Assembly: GCA_903870555.1 (NCBI GenBank)
Contig: CAIQDO010000170.1
Coordinates: 1,067-65,066 of the forward strand
Source of the DNA: an uncultured Caulobacteraceae bacterium
GTDB lineage: Bacteria > Pseudomonadota > Alphaproteobacteria > Caulobacterales > Caulobacteraceae
Reading direction: 5' to 3'
Length of the DNA: 64,000 nt
Positions 17,904 to 27,847 of the stretch are shown one piece after another; the first letter of the stretch is position 1, and every line of letters begins with the position of its first letter. The notes below the pieces were generated by a model. That model made no database searches. It was not told where the DNA came from and worked only from the letters and a program-made list of their open reading frames with translations. The translations under genes were made by a program, and so were the position numbers.

Positions 17904-19463
17904 TTGGATCGTGTTTCCGGAGCGCATCCGGGCTCGAGGCGGGGACGTTCGGCGTTGACGGCAAACCATACCGCATTGGAAACGCGCCGGAAATTACTGA
18001 CGGCGTGGCTGATCGGCGCTCTCGCCCTGCCCGCGCTGGCGGAGGCGCGGCCGCGTGAAAACGCGCCGCAGCCCGCGATCGCGCTGCCCGCCGCCTATCC
18101 CCTTGACGCAGACGCCGCCGCCCTCGCACCGGCCGCGCTTGACCAGTGGTGGCGGCTTTTCAACGATCCGGCGCTCGACGTGCTGGAGGACGAAGCGGCC
18201 CGAACCTCGTCCGACGCCCGCATCCTCGCCGCTCGGATCGACGAGGCGCGCGCCGCCCGCCTGGCCCAGCGCGCTCGGACTCTGCCAACCGGTTCGATTG
18301 CCGGAGCCGCCAGCCACCAGGCGTCCTACGGCCTTGGCGGTGGTGAAAACGATCTCAGTTCCTCCACCGGCGTCACCGACGCGGCGTCGGGCAAGTTCGC
18401 GGTGTCCTGGGAGGTGGATTTGTTCGGGCGCTTGGCTATCACGCGCCGCATCGCGGACGCCGACGCCGCGCGGGCGCGGTTCAACATCGAGGGCGGGCGC
18501 GCCAGCCTGGCCGCCGACGTCGCCGACACCTGGTTCCAGGCCCGCGGGCTGGCAATGCAGCTCGAGGACGCCCGCCAGACGGCGCGGATCGAGGACGACC
18601 TGCTGACCCTCACCCGGCGAAAGGCCGCCGCCGGCGCGGCCCCGGCCGACGATATCGACCGCGTGGCCGGGCAACTCGCCCAGGCCCAGGCCCGGGCCGC
18701 GGACCTCCAGGCCAGACTGGTCGACAGCCGCCAGCAACTGCTGATCCTGGTCGGACACGATCTGTCCGGTTCGTTGGCGATCGACGCGGCCGCCGTCCCG
18801 CCTGCCCCTCCGGCCCCGCCTCGGGTCCTGCCGGCCGAACTGCTGGCCCGGCGACCGGACATCCGCGAAGCCGAATATCGACTCAAGGGCGAACTCGGCG
18901 CCGCGCGGCTGGCCCATCTGGCGGTTTTTCCGACCGTCACCTTGCTGCCGGCTCTGGGCCTGTCGAGCACATCGGCGCCCGGCGTGTCCTTCATTCCCCC
19001 GACCACCCTGATCACCGCCCAGCAGACGACAACCGCCGGGCTGTGGTCGATGGGCGCGAGCGTGACGGCGCCGACGCTGGATATCCCCAGGCTGCTGGAC
19101 GAGGCCAGGGCCGAAGACGCCCGCGCGCGTCAGGCGGCGCTGACCTACGAGAAGGTGGTGCGCACGGCCTACGGCGAAGCGCAGGCGGCCCTCACCGACC
19201 TGGCCGCCGGAGAACAGGCCACCCGCCTGCTGATCGACGGCGAGGCGCGGGCCAGACTGGCCTATGACGGCGCCCACCGCCGCTACGCCCAGGGATTGGA
19301 TGACCTGACCGCGATGCTGAGCGCTGAACAGGCCTGGCGTTCGGTGCGCTCGGATCTGACCGCCGAGCGGACCGACACCCTTCGCCGGGCCGTGCGGACC
19401 TACAAGGCTCTTGGCGGCGGCTGGGGATTTGCCAGCGCCGGCCTCGGCGCCGGGGGCGTCTGA
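17904..19463 (+). CDS. Outer-membrane efflux factor, NodT/OprM/TolC family
   Basis: SWEVDLFGR, RRPDIREAE, YKALGGGW. True start uncertain, possibly a downstream TTG. Confidence 0.9.
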   Translation: MDRVSGAHPGSRRGRSALTANHTALETRRKLLTAWLIGALALPALAEARPRENAPQPAIALPAAYPLDADAAALAPAALDQWWRLFNDPALDVLEDEAARTSSDARILAARIDEARAARLAQRARTLPTGSIAGAASHQASYGLGGGENDLSSSTGVTDAASGKFAVSWEVDLFGRLAITRRIADADAARARFNIEGGRASLAADVADTWFQARGLAMQLEDARQTARIEDDLLTLTRRKAAAGAAPADDIDRVAGQLAQAQARAADLQARLVDSRQQLLILVGHDLSGSLAIDAAAVPPAPPAPPRVLPAELLARRPDIREAEYRLKGELGAARLAHLAVFPTVTLLPALGLSSTSAPGVSFIPPTTLITAQQTTTAGLWSMGASVTAPTLDIPRLLDEARAEDARARQAALTYEKVVRTAYGEAQAALTDLAAGEQATRLLIDGEARARLAYDGAHRRYAQGLDDLTAMLSAEQAWRSVRSDLTAERTDTLRRAVRTYKALGGGWGFASAGLGAGGV

Positions 19464-20609
19464 ATGTCCCTCGCCCTGGCCACCCTGATCTACGAATGGC
19501 GCCGCTACATGGCCGCCGTGGTCGCCCTGGCTTTCTCCGGGATGATGGTGCTGGTGATGCTCGGCCTGTTCACCGGCATCATCCACTCCGATTTCGCGAC
19601 CACCGAACGCTCCCGCGCCGACATCTTCATTCTGCCGGCCAAGGCCGCGAGCATGGTCAATTCCAACGCCAGCCTGCCGGCCCGGGTGCAGCCACAGATC
19701 TTTATCAATCCCCACGTCACCGAGGTGCGCAGCCTCGACGAGACATTCGGCGAGTGGGTGAACGCCTCCGGTCCCGGTGGCCATCAGGTTCAGAAGTTCG
19801 TCAACGTCTGGGCCGTCGACCCCATACCGGACGCGGTGACCTTGCCGGTGGACTACACCGACGAGCAGCGGATCGCGCTGATGGAACCGGGCGCCATCGC
19901 CGTCGACGCCTCGACCCTGGCGGCCCTGGGCGTCAAGCTGAACGACAAGGCGTCGGTCAACGGCCATGCGGTGCGGGTGCGGGCGATCCTGCACAATTAC
20001 CAGAGCATCGAACAACCCACGATCGTGGCGAGCCGCGACACGGTCCGACGGCTGCGCCGGGGCGGGGGCGGCGGAAACAGCGACACGGGGCCGCTGATGG
20101 TTCGCATCGATAACCCCGCCCTCGCCGATCAGGTCCGCGGCGAGCTCAACGCCAGCGCCCACGGCGCCTATCGCGCCTGGACGGCAAAGGAATTCAATCG
20201 CGCCAATGAGAACGCGGTGATGTCGCAGCAGATCATCGGGGTGCTGCTGGTGTTCCTGACGATCATGGCCGCCTTGATCGGGGTGGGCATCACCTCCCAG
20301 ACGCTGCGCGGGGCCATCCTGTCGAACATCCGTGAATTCGCCTCTCTGCGGGCGTTGGGAATTTCCATGGGGTCCCTGCGTCTGATCGTGATGGAGCTGT
20401 CGTTCTGGGCGGGAGTCGCCGGGATTGGCGTGGCCCTGCTGTTGACCTGGCTGACGACCCTTCTGGCCGCCGGGGCTGGCCTGCCCCTGGTGATCCGTCC
20501 CCAACCCGCCTTGATGGTCGCCGTCATGTTGATGGTCATCGCGGTGCTGTCCGGGGCCTTGGCGATGGGCGTCCTCAAACACAGCCAACCGGCGGATCTG
20601 CTGCGATGA
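19464..20609 (+). CDS. FtsX/MacB/DevC-type ABC permease
   Basis: N-terminal TM helix, large periplasmic domain, then three TM helices around REFASLRALG. Confidence 0.85.
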   Translation: MSLALATLIYEWRRYMAAVVALAFSGMMVLVMLGLFTGIIHSDFATTERSRADIFILPAKAASMVNSNASLPARVQPQIFINPHVTEVRSLDETFGEWVNASGPGGHQVQKFVNVWAVDPIPDAVTLPVDYTDEQRIALMEPGAIAVDASTLAALGVKLNDKASVNGHAVRVRAILHNYQSIEQPTIVASRDTVRRLRRGGGGGNSDTGPLMVRIDNPALADQVRGELNASAHGAYRAWTAKEFNRANENAVMSQQIIGVLLVFLTIMAALIGVGITSQTLRGAILSNIREFASLRALGISMGSLRLIVMELSFWAGVAGIGVALLLTWLTTLLAAGAGLPLVIRPQPALMVAVMLMVIAVLSGALAMGVLKHSQPADLLR

Positions 20610-21334
20610 GCGCGCCTCCCGCCAACGCGCCGCACGCCCTGGCCCTGACCGCGACCGGGGTGGTGAAACGCTTCAAGACCGGTCGCAATGTCGTCTCGGT
20701 GCTCAAGGGCGTCGATTTCACCGCCCGCCATGGTGACGTGACCATGGTGATGGGCCCCTCCGGCTCGGGCAAATCGACCCTGATCGCCGCATTGTCCGGT
20801 CTGCTGAAGCCCGACGAAGGCACGGTCAGCGCCATGGGCGAAGATCTGTGGGGCCGCGGCGCCGGGAAGATCGACCGCTTCCGCCTGCAGCACTGCGGTT
20901 TCATCTTCCAAGGCTTCAACCTGTTTCCGGCCCTGACCGCCCTGCAGCAGGTGACGACCGTGCTGAAATACCAGGGTCTGTCCAAATCCGAGGCCCATCG
21001 GACGGCCGTCGAGGCCCTGGACGAAGTCGGTCTGAAGCCGCGGATGAATCAGAGGCCCAGCGAGCTCTCGGGTGGCGAAAAGCAGCGTATCGCCATCGCC
21101 CGGGCGATCGCCAAGCGCCCCGCCCTGCTGTTCGCCGACGAGCCAACCTCGGCGCTGGATGGCGAGAATGGCCAGATCGTCATCCGCCTGCTGCGCCGGG
21201 CCGCGGTCGAGCACAACGCCGCGGTGATCTGCGTCACCCACGATCCCCGCCTTGAGGCCTTCGCCGACCGGATCATCCACATCGAAGACGGCCGCATCCT
21301 CGACGATGCGACGCCCGCCGGAGTTTCCCACTGA
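20606..21334 (+). CDS. ABC exporter ATP-binding protein (LolD/MacB-like)
   Basis: GPSGSGKST, LSGGE, LLFADEPT, VTHD. Confidence 0.93.
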   Translation: MSAPPANAPHALALTATGVVKRFKTGRNVVSVLKGVDFTARHGDVTMVMGPSGSGKSTLIAALSGLLKPDEGTVSAMGEDLWGRGAGKIDRFRLQHCGFIFQGFNLFPALTALQQVTTVLKYQGLSKSEAHRTAVEALDEVGLKPRMNQRPSELSGGEKQRIAIARAIAKRPALLFADEPTSALDGENGQIVIRLLRRAAVEHNAAVICVTHDPRLEAFADRIIHIEDGRILDDATPAGVSH

Positions 21335-22257
21335 TGACCAGCCTGATTCGTCGTCCCGTGCTGTGGATTCCAGCGGTCGCTGTCGTCGCCACGGCCGGCG
21401 TCGCCGCCGTGCTGCTGAACGCCAGTCACGCAAAGGGCGCCCCATCGACGGCGCCAGGCGGCAAGACCCAGACACCCTATGTCGCCGTCGCCGAGGGCAA
21501 GGCGGACGTCGAGGGCGGCATCATTCAGGTCGCCGCCCGCGCGGCGGGAATCGTCCGGGACGTGACGGTGCTGGAGGGAGATCATGTCTCCAAGGGCCAG
21601 GTTCTTGCCCGCCAGGAGGACGACGCTCCGCGCCTGGCGGTGCGCACCGCCGAGGCAGCCCTCGGCCAGGCCCGCGCCGCCTTTGGCGTGACGCAGGTGC
21701 AGATCGCCGCCGCCCGGCGCGAACAGGGACGCCTCGCCGCTCTCGGCGGCGTGGTGTCGGGCCAGCAGATCGATCAGTCGGCCGACGCCATCGCCACGGC
21801 CCAGGCCTCGTTGGCCGCCGAGCAGGCGGCGGTGGCGGTGGCCGAGACCCAGCTGGCCGAGGCCCGCTACCGGCTCGAACAGACCATCGTCCGCGCGCCG
21901 GTCGATGGCGTGATCGTGCGTCGGTACGCCAATCCTGGCGCCGGCGCCTCGACGCTGAACGTCACGCCGATGTTCGATCTTGAGCCGGCGACCGCGCGCA
22001 TTGTCCGCGCCGAGGTCACCGAGACCGCGCTGCCTTCGGTCAGTCTCGGCCAGACGGTTCGGATCACACCCGAGTCGGACCAGTCCAAAACCTACCCCGG
22101 AAGAGTCCTGCGTCAGGCCGCTCTGTTCGGCGCCCGCAAACTGCAGTCGGACGATCCCTCCGAACGCACCGACGAGCGGGTGGTCGAGGTGGTCGTCAGC
22201 GCGGACGGCGCGCCGTTCCTGGTCGGCCAGCGCGTGCTGGTGAAGTTCGTCCGGTAA
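21334..22257 (+). CDS. Periplasmic adaptor (HlyD/membrane fusion protein)
   Basis: N-terminal TM helix; lipoyl-like halves (VLEGDHVSKGQVLA / VRAPVDGVI) flanking a coiled coil. Confidence 0.88.
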   Translation: MTSLIRRPVLWIPAVAVVATAGVAAVLLNASHAKGAPSTAPGGKTQTPYVAVAEGKADVEGGIIQVAARAAGIVRDVTVLEGDHVSKGQVLARQEDDAPRLAVRTAEAALGQARAAFGVTQVQIAAARREQGRLAALGGVVSGQQIDQSADAIATAQASLAAEQAAVAVAETQLAEARYRLEQTIVRAPVDGVIVRRYANPGAGASTLNVTPMFDLEPATARIVRAEVTETALPSVSLGQTVRITPESDQSKTYPGRVLRQAALFGARKLQSDDPSERTDERVVEVVVSADGAPFLVGQRVLVKFVR

Positions 22258-22292
22258 ATGACGACGTCCTTCCTCGCAGCCTTCAAGGGCGG

Positions 22293-23415
22293 CTATTCCG
22301 CCCCCGCGTCCCGTGTCACGCCAACCCGCTGGGCCAGCGACGCGCCCATGAAGCGGTCGAGATCGCCGTCGAGAACCCCGCCTGTGTCGGAGGTCTCGAA
22401 GTTGGTCCGCAGATCCTTGACCATCTGGTAGGGTTGCAGGACGTAGGATCGGATCTGGTGGCCCCAGCCGATGTCGGTCTTGGCGTCGGCCACGGCCTGG
22501 GCGGCGGCCTCCCGGCGCTGGAGTTCGGCCTCGTAGAGGCGGGCGCGCAGCATCTTCCAGGCCTGGTCGCGGTTCTGGTGTTGTGAGCGCTGGTTCTGGC
22601 AAGCGACCACGATGCCCGAAGGGATATGGGTGAGGCGCACGGCCGAGTCGGTCTTGTTGACGTGCTGGCCGCCGGAGCCGCTGGCCCGGTAGGTGTCGGT
22701 GCGCACGTCGGTGGGGTTGATGTCGATCTGAATGGTGTCGTCCACCACCGGATAGACCCAGATCGAAGCGAAACTGGTGTGGCGCTTGGCGGCGGCGTCG
22801 AAAGGCGAGATGCGCACCAGGCGGTGAACCCCGGCCTCGGTCTTCAGCCAGCCATAGGCGTTGGTTCCGCTGATCTTGATGGTGGCCGACTTGATGCCGA
22901 CCTGCTCGCCATCGGTCTCCTCGATGAACTCCACCGTCATGTCGTGGGCGTTGGCCCACCGGGTGTACATCCGCAGCAGCATCGCCGCCCAGTCGGTGGA
23001 TTCGGTGCCGCCGGCCCCCGAATTGACTTCCAGGTAAGCGTCGGCCCCGTCGGCCTCGCCGGACAGCAGGGCTTCGAGTTCGGCCTTGGCGGCAAAGGTC
23101 TTCAGGGTCGACAGCTGAGCAGCCACGTCGTCGAGGGAGGCGTCGTCGCCCTCGGCCTGGGCCATCTCGGCGAATTCCAGGGCGTCGCTGAGTTCGGTCT
23201 GCAGGCGGTGAACCGCGTCGATCTTGGTCGACAGCTGGGTCCGTTCCCGCATCAGCGCCTGGGCCGCTTCGGCATTGTCCCAGAACTTCGGATCCTCGAC
23301 CCGGGCGTTATATTCGTCGAGTTTTCTTAAGGCAGGTTCCCATTCAAAGACGCCTCCTGAGCAGCCCGACGGACTGCTCGATACCGGTCGCCAGAGCTTC
23401 GATATCCGCACGCAT
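22293..23415 (-). CDS. prfB: Peptide chain release factor 2, made by +1 programmed frameshift
   Basis: ORF1 from ATG 23415 reads [23 protein letters not shown] then TGA; the +1 frame continues EWEPALRKL... and contains RISPF and GSGGQ. Confidence 0.96.
23343..23358 (-). other. prfB frameshift cassette AGGAGG-CGT-CTT-TGA-A
   Basis: Internal SD at 23358-23353, slippery CTT at 23349-23347, TGA at 23346-23344, next base A. Confidence 0.95.
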
Positions 23416-23492
23416 GAGAAAACGCCTCGCCTGCCGGTCCAACGCGGACCGGGGGCGCGCCGGATACCGCGCCCCGGCCGCAATTGCTAGTG

Positions 23493-25943
23493 TCAGTAGA
23501 GGCCGTTGAGGTCGTCGGGCGCCTTGGGCGGGCGGACGGCCTTGGGCGGCTGCGGCAAAGCCTGGCCCGGCGGCGGCGGCGGCGTAGGCGTAGGCGTGAC
23601 CAGGGCGTCAATGGGAACGGTCTCGTCGGTCGGCGCGACCACCCGCGGCTCGGTCCCGGGGCGGAAGGCTTCGCGGTTTGGTCCCACCTGGGCGAAGGTG
23701 GCGGTGGCCGGCGCCTTCAGCTCGACCGGGGGCAGGCCCTTAACCGCCTCGCTCATGAATTCGATGAAGATCGGCAGCGCCGCGACGGCCCCGGTCTCGC
23801 CCTTGCCGAGCGAGCGGTTGTCGTCGAACCCTACGAACACGCCGACGACAATCTGGGGCGTGAAGCCCATGAACCAGGCGCTGCGGAAGTCGTTGGTCGT
23901 GCCGGTCTTGCCGCCTACAGGCCGGCCCAGGGCCGCGTGGGCCGCGGCGGCGGTGCCGCGAAGGGCGACACCCTCAAGCATGGTGTCGATCTGATAGGCG
24001 GTGATCGGGTCGATCAACTGGGCGCCGGCGGGTTGTGGTTCGGGTCCGTCACCACCAGAGAACGCCGCGGCGCAGCCGGTGCAGGCCCGGGAATCCGCCT
24101 GGTAGAGCATTTCACCCGACCGGTTCTCCACCAGCTCGATCAGATGTGGCGACACCTTCCGCCCCCCATTGACCAGGGCTGCGTAGGCGGCGGTCATCCG
24201 GTAGGGCGTGGTCTCCCCCGCCCCGAGCGCCATCGGCAGCACCGGCTCCATCCGGTCGACGATCCCGAAGCGTTTGGCCGTGTCGACGATCCGAGACATG
24301 CCCACCTGCATGGCGATGCGCACGGTCATGGTGTTGAGAGACAGCTCCAGCCCCCGCCGGAAGATCAGCGGACCGTTGAAATCGTGTTCGTAGTTTTCCG
24401 GGCTCCAGGTCTGGCCGCCAAAGCCCGGCAAGCTGATCGGGCCATCGACCACGATACTGGCCGGGGTGAACTGTCCGCTTTCGAGCGCGGTGGCGTAGAC
24501 GAACGGCTTGAACGACGAGCCGGGCTGCCGGAACGCCTGGGTCGCCCGGTTGAACTTGGACAGGGAGAAGCTGTAGCCGCCGACCATCGCCAGGACCCGA
24601 CCGCTCTGAGGGTCCATCGCCACCAACGCCCCATTGACCTGGGGTGTCTGGCGAAGGCGGAAGCCGCCGGACGCCGCCGATTCGACGAACACCAGGTCGC
24701 CCACGGCCAGCCCCTTGCCGGCGCGGGCCCAGGCCATGTCGCCAGGCGTGATCTGTCCGACAATATTGTCGGCCGCCGTCTGGACCCTCACCCGGTTCCT
24801 CTGGGCTTCGATCACCAGGGCCGAAAGCCAGGCCTTCCTCTCAGCGGGGGGGGCGTGGGCAAGGGTCGCTGACTGCCAGCCAGGCGCGTTCGCCACGTGA
24901 CCCCAGGCGCCCCGCCAGCCGTGGCGGTGGTCATAGGTTTCAAGACCGTCCATCAGGGCGATCCGAGCGGCCGTTTGCAATCGCGGATCGAGGGTGGTGC
25001 GGACATAGTAGCCGCCCTGGTTAAGGTCGGCCCCGACCGACTTCATCTGCTGGGCCTGCTTATGGGCCTCATCCACGAAATAGTCGGCGTCATGGTACTT
25101 GGTGCGGGTCGGCGCCGCCTCGACGCGCAGATCCTCCTTCATCGCCGCGACCGCCTCGGTCCGCGACACCCATCCCAGGTCCGCCATGTCGCGGAGGATC
25201 AGATTCCGACGACGGATCGCCGCGGCCTTGTGACCGACGGGCTGGTAGTTGTCGGGTCCCTTGGGCAGCGCGGCCAGATAGGCGCATTGCGCCAGGGTCA
25301 GCTGCGAAATCGACTTGCCGAAATAGTTGTAGGCGGCGGCGCCGACCCCGAACGATCGGTAACCGAGCCAGATCTCGTTCAGATAGAGCTCAAGGATCTG
25401 TGTCTTGCTGAGGGTTTCTTCAAGCCGGGTGGCCAGCAACGCTTCCTTCAGCTTGCGGGCGACCGAGACCCGACTGCTCAGCGAAATGTTCTTGGCCACC
25501 TGCTGAGTGATGGTCGAGCCGCCCTCGGGTCTGCGGCCCTGGAGGATGTTGAACACATCCTTGACCATCGCCCGCGAGACGCCGCCAACATCGACACCCC
25601 CGTGGCTGAAGAAATTGTGGTCCTCGGCCGCCAGGAACGCGTAGGCCAGCCGCGGCGGAATCTGGTCGTAGGGGACGAATATGCGGCGGACCTTGGAGAA
25701 CTCGCCGATCAGCGTGCCGTCCCAGGCGTAGACGCGCGTGGCCGTCGGGGGATGATAGTCGGCCAGTTCCGCGGCGCTGGGCAATTGGCGGAAAACCTCG
25801 GCCGCATAGATGGCCGCGCACAGCCCCGCCACGGCGCCGGCGGCCAGGACGGCGACGCCCGCCGCGACGATCCTTCGACTCAAGGCATGCAAGACAGGCG
25901 GACCTCCGCGGAGCAACCTCTCCGCCTGAACGTCCTCTAGCAA
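23493..25943 (-). CDS. mrcA: Penicillin-binding protein 1A (bifunctional)
   Basis: Transglycosylase motifs AAEDHNF, GGSTITQQVAK, RKLKE, LYLNEI; transpeptidase motifs GSSFK, SLN, GKTGT. Start uncertain. Confidence 0.93.
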   Translation of the reverse strand: MLEDVQAERLLRGGPPVLHALSRRIVAAGVAVLAAGAVAGLCAAIYAAEVFRQLPSAAELADYHPPTATRVYAWDGTLIGEFSKVRRIFVPYDQIPPRLAYAFLAAEDHNFFSHGGVDVGGVSRAMVKDVFNILQGRRPEGGSTITQQVAKNISLSSRVSVARKLKEALLATRLEETLSKTQILELYLNEIWLGYRSFGVGAAAYNYFGKSISQLTLAQCAYLAALPKGPDNYQPVGHKAAAIRRRNLILRDMADLGWVSRTEAVAAMKEDLRVEAAPTRTKYHDADYFVDEAHKQAQQMKSVGADLNQGGYYVRTTLDPRLQTAARIALMDGLETYDHRHGWRGAWGHVANAPGWQSATLAHAPPAERKAWLSALVIEAQRNRVRVQTAADNIVGQITPGDMAWARAGKGLAVGDLVFVESAASGGFRLRQTPQVNGALVAMDPQSGRVLAMVGGYSFSLSKFNRATQAFRQPGSSFKPFVYATALESGQFTPASIVVDGPISLPGFGGQTWSPENYEHDFNGPLIFRRGLELSLNTMTVRIAMQVGMSRIVDTAKRFGIVDRMEPVLPMALGAGETTPYRMTAAYAALVNGGRKVSPHLIELVENRSGEMLYQADSRACTGCAAAFSGGDGPEPQPAGAQLIDPITAYQIDTMLEGVALRGTAAAAHAALGRPVGGKTGTTNDFRSAWFMGFTPQIVVGVFVGFDDNRSLGKGETGAVAALPIFIEFMSEAVKGLPPVELKAPATATFAQVGPNREAFRPGTEPRVVAPTDETVPIDALVTPTPTPPPPPGQALPQPPKAVRPPKAPDDLNGLY

Positions 25944-25974
25944 CCTTCGGCTGGCGCGCCAACGGAGCGCGGCG

Positions 25975-27420
25975 TCAACCGGCCGCGAGCCGGGTCTCGC
26001 CGGAGAAGTAGGCGTCGATCGCGTCGGCGACCCCGCCCATGAGGGTCTCCCGTTGAGCCGGGTCGGTCAGTCGCATCTCATCTGAAGGATTGGTGATGAA
26101 GCCCATTTCCAGAAGAACCGCCGGAACATCGGGCGCCAGCAGCACGAAGTAGCCCGCGTCGCGGTGGCTGCGAGGCAACAGGTCGACCCGGTTGCTGATG
26201 TGATTGATCAGCAGGCTCGCGAACTGCGAGGAACGGTTGCGGGTGCTCCGCTGCGTCAGGTCGAGCAGAATCTGACGCACCCCCGGGTCGGAGCGGCGAC
26301 CTCCGGCATTGGCGAACCACTCGTGCGGGCCAAGCACGTAGTTCACGCGCTGCTGGCCGCTGTCGGACAGGGTGTAGATGCTGGCCCCGTGCGGCGTTGG
26401 GTCGGATCCCGCGGAATCGGCGTGCAGCGAGATGAACAGGTCCGCGCCGGCCTTGCGTGCGATGCGAACACGGTCTTCCAGCGCAATGAAGACATCGGTG
26501 TCTCGCGTGAGAACGACCTTATAGCGCCCGAGCTTCTCAAGTCGCCCCTTTAGCGCCAAGGCGGCCGCCAGGGTGACGTCCTTTTCGTTGCGCACCAGAC
26601 TGCGCGCGCCAGGATCATGGCCGCCGTGGCCAGCGTCCACGACAATGACTTTCGTCCCGGGACTCCCGCCGGGGCGAGCGGGCGTTTTCAGGACGACGGC
26701 CATCTGGCGAGGCGAGGTCATGGCGGCGATGCCTCGGGACGGCGCGGCCGCCGCGAGAACAGCCGGAGCGATGGTCGGGGTCGATAACCAGGACAGCGGC
26801 GCCGTGTTCACGATCGCCGGGGAGGCGCCCGCGGCGATGTCCGGTGACGCCGCAACCCTGGTGATGGAGAGGGTCGGCGCCGGCGCCGGCGCTGGCGTCT
26901 GGGCCGTGGCCGGATGGGTGGGTCTCGGTCGTGGCTCCGCCGACGCCAGGACGGCGAGGGGATCGCCGGTCTGGATGTCGATGACATAGCGCCAGCTACC
27001 GCCTTCCTGGGCGGGTGGAATCACGAATCGTCGGACCGCCTGTGCACCGGGCGCGACCTCAAGAACCAGGCGGGCGCCCCTGCCCTCATCGCGAAGGCTC
27101 CAATGGGCGACCAGGCCTTGCCCCCGACCACCCAAAGGACCGGTCGACAGCAGGGTCGGAAGCGCGATCACCAGGCGAGACGGTGTGCTTTCCTCGGCGA
27201 CGACCCGACCGACGACGGAGGCGTCAAGATCCAGCACCATGCGCGTGATCGTCGAGTCGCCGCCGAATCGGACGCCGGCCAAGCCGATGCCGCCCAGACT
27301 GGCCAAGGAGGCCGGGCGGACCGCCGCGCCGGACGGTGCGGCGGCTACCAGGCAAAGGGCGGCCGCGAGGATCGCGCCGATCCGCCAAGAACAACCGGCC
27401 ATTTGGCGGGACGGGCGCAT
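25975..27420 (-). CDS. amiC: N-acetylmuramoyl-L-alanine amidase (Amidase_3)
   Basis: Signal peptide and AMIN-like N-domain; DAGHGG, EKDVTL, SLHAD, LLEMGF. Confidence 0.9.
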   Translation of the reverse strand: MRPSRQMAGCSWRIGAILAAALCLVAAAPSGAAVRPASLASLGGIGLAGVRFGGDSTITRMVLDLDASVVGRVVAEESTPSRLVIALPTLLSTGPLGGRGQGLVAHWSLRDEGRGARLVLEVAPGAQAVRRFVIPPAQEGGSWRYVIDIQTGDPLAVLASAEPRPRPTHPATAQTPAPAPAPTLSITRVAASPDIAAGASPAIVNTAPLSWLSTPTIAPAVLAAAAPSRGIAAMTSPRQMAVVLKTPARPGGSPGTKVIVVDAGHGGHDPGARSLVRNEKDVTLAAALALKGRLEKLGRYKVVLTRDTDVFIALEDRVRIARKAGADLFISLHADSAGSDPTPHGASIYTLSDSGQQRVNYVLGPHEWFANAGGRRSDPGVRQILLDLTQRSTRNRSSQFASLLINHISNRVDLLPRSHRDAGYFVLLAPDVPAVLLEMGFITNPSDEMRLTDPAQRETLMGGVADAIDAYFSGETRLAAG

Positions 27421-27847
27421 GCGGCCGAGGTTTCCCAGATTGAAATACAGCCTTCATTGTCGCCCAGGGGACGTGCACAAATCGTTAAGACGCCGGTCCC
27501 GGCCCGGATAGGCCGCCAGAATCCGGCGGCGACAAACCGCGCCTTTCCTTTCCGGTAAGGTTCACATAGGGTGCGGACGCGCACGCGCTGTCATCACGAC
27601 TTCAGCGAAGGTGCGCGCCCCCTGCGTCGGGCCAGCGCCGTTTTGGCGTGGACGCGTCATCCTACCCGCGCCTCCGTTTTCGCGAGCGCGACCTTGAGAA
27701 CAACCATGGGCAGCGCCGCCTTCGCTCCGATTTTGTCCCCTCTCGCCGCCGCTAGCCGCGGCCATGCGGATGAAGACGTCTCGTGCGCGCGCGCCCGCAG
27801 CTGGCGCCCGGATCCTGGATCCGCGAGTCGCCCCGGAGATCCAATTC

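Noticed and set aside
23416-23483. ORF-track N-terminus for prfB (MRPGRGIRR...)
   Set aside because: Artefact of the +1 frame being open upstream; the real N-terminus is the ATG 23415 ORF joined by the frameshift.
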